A stretch of 64,000 bases of DNA from Alphaproteobacteria bacterium (GTDB lineage Bacteria > Pseudomonadota > Alphaproteobacteria > GCA-2731375), in the NCBI GenBank assembly GCA_965232515.1, contig CBDDPY010000002.1, forward strand, positions 3,584,001-3,648,000. The letters run 5' to 3'. The translations under genes were made by a program, and so were the position numbers. Below the pieces are notes generated by a model, which was not told the DNA's origin, made no database searches, and saw nothing but the letters and a program-made list of their open reading frames with translations. Positions within the stretch are counted from its first letter, which is position 1; the number at the start of each line of letters is the position of its first letter. Below are positions 1 through 10,190 of this stretch, piece after piece.

Positions 1-2
1 GG

Positions 3-569
3 AAACAGGCGGTCTCGCTCGTCAACGGGCATGTCGGCAAGGTGTTGGAGGTCGGCGTCGGAACGGGCCTGTCGTTGCCGCTTTACGGACCGGACGCCGA
101 GATCACGGCCATCGACTTAAGCACGGAGATGCTGGAAAAGGCGCGAAGACGCGCCGCCAATCTCGACAATATGCGCGGTATCCTGGAGATGGACGCCGCC
201 CAGCTCGCCTTTGCCGACGGGGAGTTCGATACCGTCGTCGCCATGTATGTCATGACCGCCGTGCCCGACCCGCACGGTGTGTGGCGCGAGCTGGAACGGG
301 TCTGCGCGCCCGGCGGTCAGCTTATCGTCGTCAATCACGTGGCCCGGGAAAGCGGCCCAATGGCGGTGGCCGAGCGCCTGTTCGCGCCCGCCTGTCGGCT
401 GATGGGCTGGAACTCCGACCTGACGGCCGACGTCCTGTTCGGCGACAGCAAGCTGCGTCTCCTGGAACAGCGCACCGTCGGTCCGCTCGGCCTGTTCACG
501 CTGTGGCGCTATCGCAAGGAGGTCGCGGTCATGGATGGCACGATTCCAAGGGCGCTGCCGGGGGGCTGA
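3..569 (+). CDS. Class I SAM-dependent methyltransferase, PmtA-like phospholipid N-methyltransferase (5'-truncated by window edge)
   Basis: VLEVGVGTG motif I, IDLS..ML..A, MDA..L.F..FD.VVAMYV..VPDP. The frame is open to the window start. Confidence 0.75.
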   Translation, partial: KQAVSLVNGHVGKVLEVGVGTGLSLPLYGPDAEITAIDLSTEMLEKARRRAANLDNMRGILEMDAAQLAFADGEFDTVVAMYVMTAVPDPHGVWRELERVCAPGGQLIVVNHVARESGPMAVAERLFAPACRLMGWNSDLTADVLFGDSKLRLLEQRTVGPLGLFTLWRYRKEVAVMDGTIPRALPGG

Positions 570-584
570 AGCGGGAGGCGCGTC

Positions 585-1574
585 ATGCGTGTGGTGATTA
601 CCGGCGGGACCGGCTTCATCGGCAGTTATCTCGCCAGGGAACTGCTGCAGCGCGGCCAGCTCGTCGGGCCGGAAGGAACGGCGCAGTCGATCGATCGGCT
701 GGTTCTGGCCGACCGGTTTCCATCCCGGCGCGACTATACCGGGGATGACCGCGTCGAAGTGATGACCGGGGATTGCGCCGATCCGGACTTCCTGGCCGCG
801 GCGATCACTGACGACACCGACAGCATCTTCCATCTGGCCGCATTGCTGACCAGCGAAACGGCGGCCAACTTCGACGAAGGCCGGCGCGTCAACCTGACGG
901 GCATGGTCAACCTGCTGGAGCGCTGCCGACAGCTACGGCGGCCGCCCCGCCTCGTCTTCGCCAGCTCCATGTCGACCTATGGCGCGCCGCTGCCGGACGT
1001 GGTCGACGACACGGTCGTGCAGCGGCCGCAGAACGCCTACGGCGCCTACAAGCTGATCGGCGAGCAGCTGATCGAGGAATACACCCGCCAGGGCTTCATC
1101 GACGGCCGCGGGATGCGGTTTTCGGTCGTTATCATCCGGCCGGGCAAGCCCGACAATGTCGTCTCGAACGTGATCGCGGGCATCGTCCGCGAGCCGCTAC
1201 ACGGTCAGGATACCTATTGTCCCATTCCCGCGGACACGCGATTCCCGGTGATCTCGCCGCGGCGTGTCGCACAGGGACTGGCGACGGCCCACGACATTCC
1301 ACCCGACGCTTTCGGCGCCAGCCGGTCGATGAACTTTCCCAGTCTGTCGGTCACGGTGCAGGAGATGGTCGACGCGGCCGCCCGAGCGGCCGGCAACCGC
1401 GCGCTGGGCAAGATCGAATGGCGTCCCGACCCGGCCTTTCAGCGGCTGGTCGACGACTGGCCGAAATACTTCGAATCCGAGTTTGCCAACCGGCATGGCA
1501 TCCATGCCGAGGCATCCTTCGATGAGGTCATTCAGGTCTACATGGAAGAGCACATGCTGGAACCGAATGCCTGA
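585..1574 (+). CDS. NAD-dependent epimerase/dehydratase (extended SDR), D-erythronate dehydrogenase-like
   Basis: ITGGTGFIG Rossmann motif, YGAYK catalytic motif, FIDGR.R...IRPGKP, GGAGG RBS. Confidence 0.75.
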   Translation: MRVVITGGTGFIGSYLARELLQRGQLVGPEGTAQSIDRLVLADRFPSRRDYTGDDRVEVMTGDCADPDFLAAAITDDTDSIFHLAALLTSETAANFDEGRRVNLTGMVNLLERCRQLRRPPRLVFASSMSTYGAPLPDVVDDTVVQRPQNAYGAYKLIGEQLIEEYTRQGFIDGRGMRFSVVIIRPGKPDNVVSNVIAGIVREPLHGQDTYCPIPADTRFPVISPRRVAQGLATAHDIPPDAFGASRSMNFPSLSVTVQEMVDAAARAAGNRALGKIEWRPDPAFQRLVDDWPKYFESEFANRHGIHAEASFDEVIQVYMEEHMLEPNA

Positions 1575-1606
1575 TCCAACGACCGGGATCTGGCGTCGTC
1601 CGCCGG

Positions 1607-2383
1607 TCAGCCTGGCGGCCGGTCGCGCTTGATGACCATGCCCTGGCCGGTGGGCAGCTCAAGAACGATATAGCCGCGGTTCAGCATCCAGTTGTAGAGC
1701 GCGCCGAACAGTCCGGGCAGATCGCAGCGGCCGAAATCGTCCATCAGAACGATGCCGCCGTCCGAAACCCGGTCGAACAGCCGGTCGAGCGCCGCCGTCT
1801 CGGCAGCAGCCGCGTTCATGTCGAGATGCAGAAGCGCGATGCGCTCGGGCGCCCGCTCTTCCAATATGCTGGGAACGGTGCCCTTGATGACGTGCACGTT
1901 GGGAAAGTCGGCGAACCGATCGACAACCTCCTCGTAGGTGCCCTCCCATTCGTAATAGGGATTGGTCGCTTCGCGCTCCCGGGCATTGCTCTGCGCCTCG
2001 GGCAGCCCTTCGAAGGTGTCATAGAGATACATCTGCCGCGGGCACTCGGCGAACGACAGGTACCGGGCCAGCACGGCCGAGTAGAACCCCTTGTAGACGC
2101 CGCATTCGACAAAATCGCCCGGCACCGACAAAGCCGTCCGGCCAGCCCAGCAATACGTGTGGAGCCGCCAGAGCTTGGCGAAATCCGCGCTGTCGGCCGC
2201 CAACTCTTTGAATGTTTCGAAGAACTTCTTGTCGTGGACGAATGACAGGCTTCGGTTCAGCGCGATCATGTTGTCGCTGACGAAGTTCGGCATCTCGTAA
2301 TTGTTGTAGATGTCCTGGATGCCCTTGGCATGCCGCCAGACCTCGAGCAGGTCCTCTTCCTTGGACGGTCCATAAATCGTCAT
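1607..2383 (-). CDS. TylF/MycF/NovP-family O-methyltransferase
   Basis: VPGDFVECGVYKG, LYDTFEG, IALLHLDMN and GGIVLMDDFG motifs. Start set at the ATG of MTIYG. Confidence 0.8.
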   Translation of the reverse strand: MTIYGPSKEEDLLEVWRHAKGIQDIYNNYEMPNFVSDNMIALNRSLSFVHDKKFFETFKELAADSADFAKLWRLHTYCWAGRTALSVPGDFVECGVYKGFYSAVLARYLSFAECPRQMYLYDTFEGLPEAQSNAREREATNPYYEWEGTYEEVVDRFADFPNVHVIKGTVPSILEERAPERIALLHLDMNAAAAETAALDRLFDRVSDGGIVLMDDFGRCDLPGLFGALYNWMLNRGYIVLELPTGQGMVIKRDRPPG

Positions 2384-2537
2384 GTGGCGGTTCCTGGCGG
2401 GCGGACATCGCGGACCGAGGCCAAAGCCCGAACCATCGATGATCTGCGGCAACGATTACGAAGGCGTTAAGCCGGGCGCTCGGCCGGCCATGGCCAAATC
2501 CGCCAAATCGCCGTTGGGTTGCTGAATTTCGTCCCGG

Positions 2538-4328
2538 CTACTCGGCGGCTGCGGGAAGCATGACCCGATCGGCCGGGACAATGACGTCGGCGGTGGTGCC
2601 CATGTCGGGCTGGCTCTCGATCTCGAGGCGGCCGCCATGCAACTCGATCAGCCGCCTTGCCAGCGGCAGGCCCAGGCCGGTGCCCTCGTATTTCCGGCTT
2701 AATTTGCTGTCGACCTGGGCGAACGGCTGCAGCGCGAGTTCGATCTCGTCGGCCGTCATGCCAATCCCGGTGTCGCTGATCCGGATCAGCACGCCACCGT
2801 CGGCGACATGGCCGACGCTGAGCCTGACTTGGCCGCCGGCCGGCGTGAACGTGACCGCGTTCGCCAGAAGGTTGACCAGAATCTGCTTGAGCTTGACCTT
2901 GCTGGCGCGCAGCGGCGGCAGGCCCGGTTCGATGTCGACCTTGACCTCGAGCCCCGCCTCGGCCGCCCGCGGCCTGATCAGAATCAGCGATTCCTCGATC
3001 ATGCCGGCGATGTCGAACACCTCGTCCTCGATCTCCAGTTGGCCGGCCTCGATTTTCGAGAGGTCGAGGATGTCGTTGATGATCGCCAGCAAATGCTGGC
3101 CCGAATGGTGGATGTTATCGACATATTCGCGGTAGCGCGGATTGCCTAACGGCCCCAAAACCTGTTGCCGCATGGTGTCCGAAAAGCCGATGACGGCGTT
3201 CAGCGGCGTGCGGAACTCGTGGCTCATGTTGGCGAGGAATTCGGATTTCGTACGGTTGGCAAGCTGGGCCTCCGAGAGAGCGGACTGCATGACCTTCTGG
3301 TCGTCCTCGATCCGCTCGGCCATGGCGTTGAAGCCGTTCGACAGCTGCCGGAACTCCAGCGGCGTCGACCGCGATCCCGCAAGCATGCGCGCGGTCAGAC
3401 GTCCCTGGGCGATCTGCCGCGCCGCGCTGACGACGCCGTCGATCGGCCGCATCAGCAAGCCCGCGACCAGCCATGAGATCATCGCCGCCGCCACCAGGCC
3501 GGCCAGCATCACGCCCAGCGCCGTCCGTTGCACCGCGTAGGCGCGTTCCTCGAGCTCCTCGATCGGCTGCGGCACCATCACGCCCCAGCCGACCCTGGGC
3601 ACGCTGGTGAAGCCGGACACCATGTCGCGCTGCATGGCCGGGGAATAGAAGGTCGCCACGCCGGTCTGGGCCAGCATCATACGGCGCACCGGCTCGACCT
3701 TGGCGATGTTCTTGCGCTCCAGATGCCAGTCGGGATTGGGATGGGCCAGAAGATTGCCCTGATGATCGACGATCGCGGCGTGGCCCTTGCGGCCGAAGGT
3801 GATCGCCTGCTGCAGGCGCACGAAATAATCCGTGGAAATCCGAGCAAAAGCGATGTGACCGTCGGCCAGACGCCGGACCAGATAAATCGTCGGCCGGCCG
3901 GCCGCGTCGGCGGCGACAGGACCAAACAGCCGGCGGCCGTCGGCGAGCGACCGCACCTGCGTCAGCACGTCGGGTGGCAGCCGCGAGGGGCTGTCGCCAT
4001 TGAGGTTCAGTTGCCGCTCAATGCGCCCGCCGTCATCGATCAGGCAGAAATGGCGGAAGCCCAACTGCCGGGCGAGATCGGTCACGCTGTCAAGCGGCAG
4101 GTCCGAGACGGCGACGCGGGACATCATGCCGAACGTGGCCTCGACGTCCTTGGCGTAGCGCTCCAGAGCCGCGGTCATATTGCTGGCCAGCAACAGGTGC
4201 TTCTCGCGCACCGCGGACATCTCGTTGTCCAGCGCCGTGCGTTGAAACCACGCGCTCAGGAACAGCACGGGTATGATGGCGACCGAAATGAACGCCACCG
4301 CCAGCAGGTACCGAAAGCGTAGGGCCAC
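2538..4328 (-). CDS. Membrane sensor histidine kinase (dCache-HAMP-HisKA-HATPase)
   Basis: Two TM segments, Cache motif (IVDHQGNLLAHP...GWGVMVPQP), KSEFLANMSHEFRTPLNA H-box, N/G1/F/G2 boxes. Confidence 0.9.
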   Translation of the reverse strand: MALRFRYLLAVAFISVAIIPVLFLSAWFQRTALDNEMSAVREKHLLLASNMTAALERYAKDVEATFGMMSRVAVSDLPLDSVTDLARQLGFRHFCLIDDGGRIERQLNLNGDSPSRLPPDVLTQVRSLADGRRLFGPVAADAAGRPTIYLVRRLADGHIAFARISTDYFVRLQQAITFGRKGHAAIVDHQGNLLAHPNPDWHLERKNIAKVEPVRRMMLAQTGVATFYSPAMQRDMVSGFTSVPRVGWGVMVPQPIEELEERAYAVQRTALGVMLAGLVAAAMISWLVAGLLMRPIDGVVSAARQIAQGRLTARMLAGSRSTPLEFRQLSNGFNAMAERIEDDQKVMQSALSEAQLANRTKSEFLANMSHEFRTPLNAVIGFSDTMRQQVLGPLGNPRYREYVDNIHHSGQHLLAIINDILDLSKIEAGQLEIEDEVFDIAGMIEESLILIRPRAAEAGLEVKVDIEPGLPPLRASKVKLKQILVNLLANAVTFTPAGGQVRLSVGHVADGGVLIRISDTGIGMTADEIELALQPFAQVDSKLSRKYEGTGLGLPLARRLIELHGGRLEIESQPDMGTTADVIVPADRVMLPAAAE

Positions 4329-4412
4329 GCGCCGTCTCCGCAGCTTGCCGGGCAGAAGGCAGATCTGCGGTAGATTCCTAACCCAAGTTACTTAACGACC
4401 CCTTTCAGGGCG

Positions 4413-5189
4413 TCAGTAGATCGTATAGCCGCCGTCGACCACCAGTTCCGCGCCCGTGACGTAGCGGGATTCATCGGACGCCAGATAGAGCGCGGCGTTG
4501 GCCACGTCCTCGGGCTGGCCGACCTCGCCCAGCGGCACCAGACGCTCGCGGTCGGCCAGACCCTTGGCCGGATCGTCGTAGAGCCAGTTCAGGACCTGGT
4601 CGCCCATGGGCGTGTCGATCAGGCCCGGATGGATCGAATTGCAGCGCACCTTGTAGCCCTTGCGGCCGCAATAGAGCGCCACCGACTTGGTCAGCAGACG
4701 GACGCCACCCTTGCTGGCGCCATAGGCCCAGAGCGGCGTGCCGATCAGGCCGGCTACCGACGATAGGTTGATGATCGAACCGCCACCGCCGCGGGCGGCC
4801 ATGGCCCGGACGGCCTCTTTGCAGCCGAGGAACGTGCCTTCCATGTTGACGCTCTGGATCGCCCGCCACTCCTCGAGCGTGGTTTCCATCGGGTCGGGTG
4901 TGGGTCCGGTGCCGAGGATACCGGCGCAGTTCACCAGGATGTCGAGGCCGCCAAAGCGCTCGACGACGCTTTCCACCACCTCCCGCCAACCCTTCTCGTC
5001 ACGGCAGTCATGCGCCATGAACGTGGTCCCATGGCCGATCTCGTCGATCGCCGCCTCGCCGGCCGCCTGCTTGATATCGGTGATCGTCACCTTGGCGCCC
5101 TCCTCGGCCAGGCGTCGCGCCGTGGCGCGGCCAATGCCCGAGCAGCCGCCCGTGACGATGGCAATCTTGTCCTGCACGCGGCCGGTCAT
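4413..5189 (-). CDS. Short-chain dehydrogenase/reductase (classical SDR)
   Basis: TGGCSGIG, NCAG, YGASK, RCNSIHPG, VVDGG motifs. Confidence 0.9.
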   Translation of the reverse strand: MTGRVQDKIAIVTGGCSGIGRATARRLAEEGAKVTITDIKQAAGEAAIDEIGHGTTFMAHDCRDEKGWREVVESVVERFGGLDILVNCAGILGTGPTPDPMETTLEEWRAIQSVNMEGTFLGCKEAVRAMAARGGGGSIINLSSVAGLIGTPLWAYGASKGGVRLLTKSVALYCGRKGYKVRCNSIHPGLIDTPMGDQVLNWLYDDPAKGLADRERLVPLGEVGQPEDVANAALYLASDESRYVTGAELVVDGGYTIY

Positions 5190-5274
5190 CCCGTCTCTCC
5201 CATTCGTTGCTTGCGTGTTGGGCATGATAGGCTGGGCCCGGAAAACGCGCAAAAGGTGGACGAGGGAGGCAGCC

Positions 5275-6141
5275 ATGCAGATCGGCATCTCGTTTCCGCA
5301 GACCGAGATCGGCCGCGACCCGATCGCGATCCGCGACTTCGTTCAGGCCGCCGAGCAGATGGGGTTTGCCCATGTCTCGATGCCGGACCATGTGCTGGGC
5401 GCCGGCACGCCGCGCGGGCCCGAGTTCGCCAAGCTCTACACACGCGATTTCATGTTCCACGAGCCGTTCGCGCTGATGGGCTTTCTCGCCGGCCTGACCA
5501 CGACCATCGAGCTTGCTACTGCGATCCTGATCCTGCCGCAGCGCCAGGCTGTGCTGGTGGCGAAACAGGCAGCCGAAGTGGACGTGCTGAGCGGCGGCCG
5601 GCTGCGGCTCGGCGTCGGCCTCGGCTGGAACGAGGTCGAGTTCGACGCGCTGGGCATGGAATTCCGCAACCGCGGCCGCCGCATGGAAGAGCAGGTGGCG
5701 GTCATGCGCCGCCTGTGGTGTGAGGACCTGGTGACCTTCGAGGGCGAATGGCACAACTTCGCGGACGCCGGCCTGAACCCGGAGCCGCTACAGCGGCCGA
5801 TCCCGATCTGGTTCGGCGCCATGAGCGACGCCGCGGTGCGCCGGACGGGCCGCATCGCCGACGGCTGGTTCGTCTATTCCCGGGCCGAACCCGACGACGA
5901 GGTGCGGCGCTATTTCGACCTGCTGCGCGGCAGCGCGACCGAAGCCGGCCGCGACCCGGCCGAGATCGGCGTCGATGCCACGGTGTACGCCCATACCGGC
6001 GGGCCGCAGGAATGGCTGGGTCTGATCGAACAATGGCAGGCGCTGGGCGCGACGCGCATCACCTTCCGGACAACGGAATCCGACCTCGATTGCCCCGACG
6101 GCCAGCTCGACGCCATGCGGCGGTTGATGGACGCCCGCTGA
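5275..6141 (+). CDS. LLM-class (luciferase-like) oxidoreductase, probable F420-dependent family
   Basis: MQIG..FPQ.EIG.DP, PDHVLG, FHEPF, LVAKQAAEVDVLSGGRLRLGVGLGWN..EF; GGAGG RBS. Confidence 0.8.
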   Translation: MQIGISFPQTEIGRDPIAIRDFVQAAEQMGFAHVSMPDHVLGAGTPRGPEFAKLYTRDFMFHEPFALMGFLAGLTTTIELATAILILPQRQAVLVAKQAAEVDVLSGGRLRLGVGLGWNEVEFDALGMEFRNRGRRMEEQVAVMRRLWCEDLVTFEGEWHNFADAGLNPEPLQRPIPIWFGAMSDAAVRRTGRIADGWFVYSRAEPDDEVRRYFDLLRGSATEAGRDPAEIGVDATVYAHTGGPQEWLGLIEQWQALGATRITFRTTESDLDCPDGQLDAMRRLMDAR

Positions 6142-6151
6142 CCCGACAGCC

Positions 6152-6550
6152 GTGACCGGCAACGACGATCAGACGGCCGATCCGCCCGCGCCCGCCGCGC
6201 TGCCGTTCGCGAAGCGCTTCGGCCACGCCTTTCTCGGCAGCGCCGGCACGATCCTGGTGCTGACGGTCATCTCGCTCCAGGAAATCATGCTGGGCATGTA
6301 CGGCTACGTGGTCTTGACCGCCGAGTTCCTGAACTGGCTGCATCTGGAGGTCGTCGCCGATGACCTGTATGCGAAACTTGAGGCGTCGATCGAGATCGCC
6401 CTGTCGCTGGTCGCGGCCTGGGCCGCGTTCATGGCCGCCAGCGCCGCCCTGCTGATCGCCGCGTTCATCCGCCGCGGCGGCCCCCTGACCTTCCTGCTGC
6501 TCGGCCTGCTGTTTCCAATCGCCACCGTCAGCCTGTTGCAGGCCGCATAG
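6152..6550 (+). CDS. Hypothetical membrane protein
   Basis: Three hydrophobic segments; 10 nt downstream of the LLM gene in the same orientation. Confidence 0.55.
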   Translation: MTGNDDQTADPPAPAALPFAKRFGHAFLGSAGTILVLTVISLQEIMLGMYGYVVLTAEFLNWLHLEVVADDLYAKLEASIEIALSLVAAWAAFMAASAALLIAAFIRRGGPLTFLLLGLLFPIATVSLLQAA

Positions 6551-6645
6551 CCCGTCCTGGCCCGAGAACGCATCAGGAAACCTAATGGGGCGGACAAGTA
6601 TTGCTCGTTTGAGGTGGCGGTCGGCCGCTCCTACCCTTCGGTGGC

Positions 6646-7302
6646 ATGGAGCTGACCCGCGAAGCAATCATGAGCGGCGTTCTGACGCGCCTGGCCGCGA
6701 CCGACACCGTGCCGATGCTGTCGAAAGCCGAGCGGGATGCCTCGCGGCGGGCGATGCTGGAACAGCGCCGTCCCGGCGCCGATGTCTGGATATTCGCCTA
6801 CGGCTCGCTGATCTGGAATCCGGCCTTCCACTTCGCTGAGCGTCGGACGGGGCTGCTCTACGGCTTCCACCGCCGATTCTGCCTATGGGCCTGCGTCGGC
6901 CGGGGCACGCGCGCGCAGCCCGGTCTCGTTCTCGGCCTGGACCATGGCGGCGCCTGCCGGGGCGTGGTCTATCGGATCGCAGCGGCCGACGTCGAAACAG
7001 AGACCGATATGATTTGGGCGCGCGAGATGGAAACGCCGGAGTATCGTCCCCGCTGGCTGCCGGTGCGCACGGCGGCGGGAACGGTGCCGGCCATCGCCTT
7101 CGTCGTCAACCGGCGCCAGGATCGCTATGCGGGCCGTCTGCCCGACGAGCGTCTTGCCTCGGTAATCGCCACGGCGGCCGGCCATGTCGGAACGTCAGCC
7201 GATTATCTGGCGCAGACAGTGGCCCATCTCGACGCGCTCGGCATCGCCGACGCCGCCATGCAACGACTGCACCGCCGCGTATTGTTATTGCAACGCGGGT
7301 AG
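6646..7302 (+). CDS. chaC: ChaC-family gamma-glutamylcyclotransferase
   Basis: VWIFAYGSLIWNP, RGT..PGLVLGL..GG.CRG and W.REM motifs. Confidence 0.85.
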   Translation: MELTREAIMSGVLTRLAATDTVPMLSKAERDASRRAMLEQRRPGADVWIFAYGSLIWNPAFHFAERRTGLLYGFHRRFCLWACVGRGTRAQPGLVLGLDHGGACRGVVYRIAAADVETETDMIWAREMETPEYRPRWLPVRTAAGTVPAIAFVVNRRQDRYAGRLPDERLASVIATAAGHVGTSADYLAQTVAHLDALGIADAAMQRLHRRVLLLQRG

Positions 7303-7532
7303 TACTGTTGCCGCCCTTCACCGTCTTCCGGCACTAAAAGGCAGAGTTGTGACCGATTTCACAGCCTTTGTCTGACCTCGACACCAAAATTCATTTCACC
7401 CGCAGATTTCAGAACGAGTAGGCACGCCCCAGGCTTGGTGCTAGTATTTGACAATACTTGCGGGTTGAGGGCTAACGACAAAACAACCTGACGATTACAA
7501 GGGCGGCACCCGACTGTCTTAGGAGGGGGACG

Positions 7533-10184
7533 ATGGATGGTGCGATGATGCCTTTCGCGACCACGTTATCCGAGTGGCTGCACGAGCCGGTATTCTGGGC
7601 GGGCATTACGGTTGTCATCGTCTATGCCTTCATCCGGTTCAACCAGCCGGCCATTGGCTTCGTCGCCGATGTCTATAACGACACCGATCCGGTTGGCCCG
7701 GCGCGCGCGTTCACCACCGTGTTTCGCTATTACGTCTTCGCGCTGGTCTATGCCGGCGTGTCGGCAATGGTCTACGTCCTGTTGATCCTGATCGCCGGCA
7801 ACGAGGAGCTGCGGGAGTTCTTCGGCCAATTCTTCGTCGCGCTCGACGTCAGCGACGAGGAAAAGGCGAAGATCACGGCCTCGGCGCCGACTTGGGCCGC
7901 ATCGGTGCTGACGATCATGCTGCCGTCGGTGCGCGGCCTGCGGGATATCGACGGCAACCTTCGCGCCCGTCTGCACAAGCTGGCGGCGATCCCCTTCAAG
8001 GCGCAGGGCCTGGCGGCCGAGGTGCTGTCCGTCGCCTATCGGATCAATCGCAACCAGTCCTATCAGGCCGTGCGCAACGAGTTCGACGATCCGACGCTGG
8101 TCGACGGCTCGCTGTCGAAACCCGACACGCCCATGGGCAAGTATGTGCGGCTGCGCTACCTGCACCGCAAGATGGAGGCCTGGGCCGAACAGAGCAGCGA
8201 TTTCAAGGTCTTCCTCAGAAACCATCAGGACAATCTGAAATCGGTTCTGAAGCGCGTCGAATCCCTGCGACCGTTCCTGTTGGCCGCGACGCCGCAGGCC
8301 GCAACCTGCGACAACGCCGATTGCAACGGACAGGCGGGCCCGCGCATCGACGACGCCGTCGCCGGGCTGATGGACGACCGTCTGTCCGATGCCTACGAGC
8401 GCATGGTCCGTTTTCTGTGCTGCGCCGTCCTCTATTGCGAACGCACGGAGCACGCCGCGTACGAACGTCTCGGCTGGCTGGGCTTCCGCCTGAAACGGCA
8501 GCATGCCCGCTTCGACTTCTATGCGCCGCTCTACGCCAGCGTCCTGATCGCCGTCGTCACCGTCTTCACCGGCGCCGCGGCCTGGCTGCTGGCGCAGGAT
8601 CTCGACCTTTTCGGCGATCTCGAGGACGTCCATCAGGGGCGCATCCTGCTCACCTTCATCGGCTGGGCCCTGCCCGCCGCCGTCATGCACACAACCGTGA
8701 TCTGCGGCGCGCTGGTGGTGAAATATTGGGTGCTGCCGGACCTGCTGGCCAAGGGGCGCGGCACGATTTCGGGCGACCAGCGCTTCGTCGGCTATCTGCT
8801 GATCGCGCTGCAGGGCTGGGCGCTTGGTTCGGCCGTCGCGCTGTTCTTCAGCGTTATCAATCCGGACTGGCAGCTGAAGGAATTGGGCCAGGTGCTGCCC
8901 TGGGGCCTGGTCAGCATGGCGACCGCGCTCTGCTTCTCGGTGCTGGGCGATTGGACGCCGGTGTTCCGAGGCCGGCGGCTGTTGGACGCGGTGATCCAGG
9001 CGACGATGACGCTGCTGGCGTCGATCTTCGCCATGTGGCTGGCCGTGCCGCCGGACGCCGTCGAGTATGGCGGCCTGCCGATCGCCGCTTTCCGACTGCT
9101 CGGGCCGACCACGGCGATGGCGATCGGTTTCGTGCTCGGTTTCGTGCTGCCGTCGCGCTATCGCCTGCGCGCCTCGGCCGAAAGCCGCACGGTGGCGGTG
9201 GTCGGCGCCGGCACCGCCGGCCTGACCTGCGCCGTCAACCTGATGCGCGCCGGCTATCGGGTGACGGTGTTCGAAAAGCGGCTGAATGCCGGCGGACGGA
9301 TCTGCACCCACCGCTATCAGCCGGCCCAGTTCGACCTCGGCGCGCAGTATTTCACCACCGTGTCGGACGAATTCGCGGAGCGGGTCGAGGACTGGGTCAG
9401 CCAGGGCTGGGCCAAGCTCTGGACCGGCGAGATCGTTGCGCTCAGGAACGGCAAGGTGCAGCGGATCGACGACCGTACCAAGCGCTATGTCGCCCTGCCG
9501 ACGATGAACGAAATCGTGCACCAGTACGGCGAACGCATCGGCCTGCATGCGCAGACCCAGATCGGCCGCGTCCACTATGAACCGGGCAAGGGTTGTCGGG
9601 TCGAAAACGAGATCGGCGCCTACGTGAACCACTACGATCACGTCGTGCTGGCGATCCCGGCGCCGGAGGCCAAGCCGATGCTGAACGGCGCCGGCGATCT
9701 GGCCCAGCGCCTCGACGACGTGCGCATGTCGCCCTGCTGGGCGGCCGCCGTATCGTTCCCTGAACCGCTGGAGCTGCCCTTCGACGCCGCCTTCGTGAAC
9801 GACGCCGACATTCAGTGGATCGCCCGCGACAGCAGCAAACCCGGCCGTCCGGATGGCGAAAACTGGGTGATCCACGCCACCTACGACTGGAGCGAGGCGC
9901 ATTTCGACGACGACGAAGCAGATGTGCTGCAGGCCATGCTGGACGAATTCTGGCGCGTGACCGGCTTGGCGCCACGCAAACCGACGTTCGTGGCAGGCTG
10001 CCGCTGGCGCTACGCCGCCGTCCGTCAGGCGCTCGGCGAAGACTTCGTCTACGACAAGGCTACCGGCATCGGCGCCTGCGGCGACTGGTGCCTGGACGGT
10101 CGTGTCGAGGCTGCCTGGCGCAGCGGCCGGGCGCTTGCCGAGACGATCGCGGCGCCCGTGCGCTGGTGGCCATTCGATCGTTAG
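7533..10184 (+). CDS. Multi-TM membrane protein fused to a C-terminal renalase-like FAD-dependent oxidoreductase
   Basis: N-terminal ~550 aa has about 8-9 hydrophobic helices. From ~9187: VVGAGTAG, FEK...GGR..T.R, FDLGAQYFT, WIARDSSKPGR, RWRYA, CGDWC..GRVE.AW.SG. Strong GGAGGGG RBS. Confidence 0.8.
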   Translation: MDGAMMPFATTLSEWLHEPVFWAGITVVIVYAFIRFNQPAIGFVADVYNDTDPVGPARAFTTVFRYYVFALVYAGVSAMVYVLLILIAGNEELREFFGQFFVALDVSDEEKAKITASAPTWAASVLTIMLPSVRGLRDIDGNLRARLHKLAAIPFKAQGLAAEVLSVAYRINRNQSYQAVRNEFDDPTLVDGSLSKPDTPMGKYVRLRYLHRKMEAWAEQSSDFKVFLRNHQDNLKSVLKRVESLRPFLLAATPQAATCDNADCNGQAGPRIDDAVAGLMDDRLSDAYERMVRFLCCAVLYCERTEHAAYERLGWLGFRLKRQHARFDFYAPLYASVLIAVVTVFTGAAAWLLAQDLDLFGDLEDVHQGRILLTFIGWALPAAVMHTTVICGALVVKYWVLPDLLAKGRGTISGDQRFVGYLLIALQGWALGSAVALFFSVINPDWQLKELGQVLPWGLVSMATALCFSVLGDWTPVFRGRRLLDAVIQATMTLLASIFAMWLAVPPDAVEYGGLPIAAFRLLGPTTAMAIGFVLGFVLPSRYRLRASAESRTVAVVGAGTAGLTCAVNLMRAGYRVTVFEKRLNAGGRICTHRYQPAQFDLGAQYFTTVSDEFAERVEDWVSQGWAKLWTGEIVALRNGKVQRIDDRTKRYVALPTMNEIVHQYGERIGLHAQTQIGRVHYEPGKGCRVENEIGAYVNHYDHVVLAIPAPEAKPMLNGAGDLAQRLDDVRMSPCWAAAVSFPEPLELPFDAAFVNDADIQWIARDSSKPGRPDGENWVIHATYDWSEAHFDDDEADVLQAMLDEFWRVTGLAPRKPTFVAGCRWRYAAVRQALGEDFVYDKATGIGACGDWCLDGRVEAAWRSGRALAETIAAPVRWWPFDR

Positions 10185-10190
10185 TGAGGG

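Noticed and set aside
7303-7532. Riboswitch or sigma70 promoter upstream of the fusion gene (TTGACA at 7448)
   Set aside because: No recognisable riboswitch consensus and the -10 match is weak; a covariance-model search would be needed
7566-9902. 778-aa minus-strand ORF
   Set aside because: Antisense to the TM-renalase gene, which has an RBS and clear motifs
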